Source: Octopus sinensis
Taxonomy: Eukaryota
Length of the DNA stretch: 64,000 nucleotides
Direction: 5' to 3'
NCBI RefSeq assembly: GCF_006345805.1
Contig: NC_043000.1
Coordinates: forward strand, 9,176,001-9,240,000
Part shown: in pieces, positions 62,410 through 64,000 of the stretch
Layout of the letters: every line of letters begins with the position of its first letter
Position numbering within the stretch: the stretch's first letter is position 1
Translations under genes and position numbers: made by a program
The notes under the pieces: model-generated
Databases searched by the model: none
What the model saw: the letters and a program-made list of their open reading frames with translations, nothing else
Told to the model about the DNA's origin: nothing

Positions 62410-63939
62410 TATTATTGAAATGGATAAATGTTACGGATTATTCAAAAGATAACCGATACCTGGGTAGCAAAAAATCACAACAGAAAAATCACGGTTGAGG
62501 TTACGACCATGGGGTCTCAAACCCGTGCCTTAGTGCGGAAATTTGAAGTTTATATATTTAGTGTAGGAAGAAATGGAGCTGAACGAAGATTTAACAAAAT
62601 TCCTTTTTATTATTTTCTACATATGTTTCAAAGGCTGCAAAGTCCCTAATTCGGATTGAATAAGGAGACCATTTTGCAGCCTTCTCTTCAGGAAAATCCA
62701 GGAACTTAATTCTCCAACAAAATGCACATCAAACTTTTCGACAAACGCTCGCGAGGAGCCCATGGGAAAAATGGCAGAAAACTGTCTCTCAATATGCGTT
62801 GACGCCAGGCTGGGTGAAAGCCGACGAAAAAGTCCGTTGAGATAAATCAAGGTCAAAATCCGGCTAAAAGGGGGGAGGGTTACAGGAAAATCAAAGAGTG
62901 TGAATGTATTCTGTATGACTGGTGTTAATATTCGAATTGTTTTAAGAATGAGTGCTATAGTGTTTGAGTGTGAGAAATTGCCTACATGTATGTGTGTGTG
63001 CGCCTATGTATGTGTGGCAATGTGTTTAGAAGGCTGCAAGGGAGAGAGATATAGCAGCTATTAATGGTCAAGCAGCTGAAAAAAACTGTGTCTGTGTGTT
63101 CCTCTGTAACCAGTTGGTAGAGGGATGGAATGTCAACAATGGGAGGATACAGTGACATCCCTGAAAGCAGTTGTAGATAAGTAGCAGTTCTTACGCTAAT
63201 AGGGGAGTGACTTACAAATTTAATTCAAAATTTTTTTCTTTTCTTAGGAAATCAAGGGGTTAACTATCTTAGACTTCATTGGAATGCAAGAAATGTGTGC
63301 CGCTTCCAGTGCGGGCATCAAAAAGAATTTTGCACAATCGAGTTAACAAGTTGCCCTCGGGCGAACAGAATATGAAATAGTTCCGAGTTGCAAAGATTAC
63401 AGATTCTTTTGCCTCTATCAAACGGTAAAGACACCGATAAAATCGACCATTCCAGTCTAAAGGTTGAATTCGCGTTCTTCAAACGCCAGACTAATTTACT
63501 TAGTCCCGTAGCGTGTTGCTTTCCAAAATCGCGAAACGTTGAGAAATGATTCGATATTCTAACAGCCAATTTCGATGATGAAGCTCCGATATACATGTAG
63601 ACATCTGAATCAGTATAAACTGTGCACTGGTAAATGGCGTTTCTAATATTGGAATTACTAGATAAGAACCTTATTCTATTGGGGTTGGCGTCCGATATTA
63701 ATACGGCGTTCTTATTACTATGATGATTGTAAAAACTATGGCTGTCTTCGACATTATTCATCCCATTATCAATACTATTTAATGCAATATCGCCTATATA
63801 CTCCCTGCCACTGAGAACGCTGTGATTGCTAATGTCCGTGATACTACTGCTGTTAAAACCGCTGCTAATATGTAGAAAATAATAAAATAATAAAAAGGAA
63901 TTTTGTTAAATCTTCGTTCAGCTCCATTTCTTCCTACAC

Positions 63940-63940
<1 letters not shown>
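62410..63940 (-). mobile_element. Penelope-like element (Naiad-type) 3' fragment with short inverted 5' pLTR; coding about 63276-63865
   Basis: GIY-YIG homologous to 41403-42542; 63868-63940 is the inverted copy of 62560-62624; (TA)n flanks. Confidence 0.9.
62612..62697 (-). ncRNA. Type I hammerhead ribozyme
   Basis: TTTTC-CTGAAGA-GAAGGCTGCAAA..TTTGCAGCCTTT-GAAAC ATAT GTA-GAAAA. Confidence 0.85.
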
Positions 63941-63994
<54 letters not shown>

Positions 63995-64000
63995 CTTTGA

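Overview
AT-rich, repeat-saturated animal genomic DNA. The SINE families and microsatellite load suggest a cephalopod, probably octopus; this is inference from recognising the sequence, not a database hit. I find no supportable host protein-coding gene, rRNA, true tRNA or CRISPR array. The window is a stack of mobile elements. It holds four Penelope-like (Naiad-type) retroelements with GIY-YIG endonucleases and hammerhead ribozymes in their pLTRs. It also holds three CR1/L2-group LINEs, two R4/Dong-type RLE LINEs in (TAA)n, and Tx1/L1-type and RTE fragments. DNA elements include a Tc1 transposon, several MITEs and Helitron-like elements. There are many tRNA-derived SINEs and long microsatellites, and nearly all long ORFs in the supplied track between about 1 and 24 kb are microsatellite artefacts. 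The most unusual signals are five. (i) A divergent Naiad-like lineage whose RT-EN linker zinc knuckle is replaced by a long Asn/Ser-rich linker. (ii) Small non-coding hammerhead-carrying elements with Penelope-style inverted structure, one of them a perfect 191-bp palindrome and one with a tRNA-derived Pol III head. (iii) A covarying 3' hairpin shared by three LINEs and a SINE family. (iv) Repeated targeting of (TA)n. (v) A nested insertion inside an inverted duplication. Element boundaries are approximate, usually within 10-20 nt.
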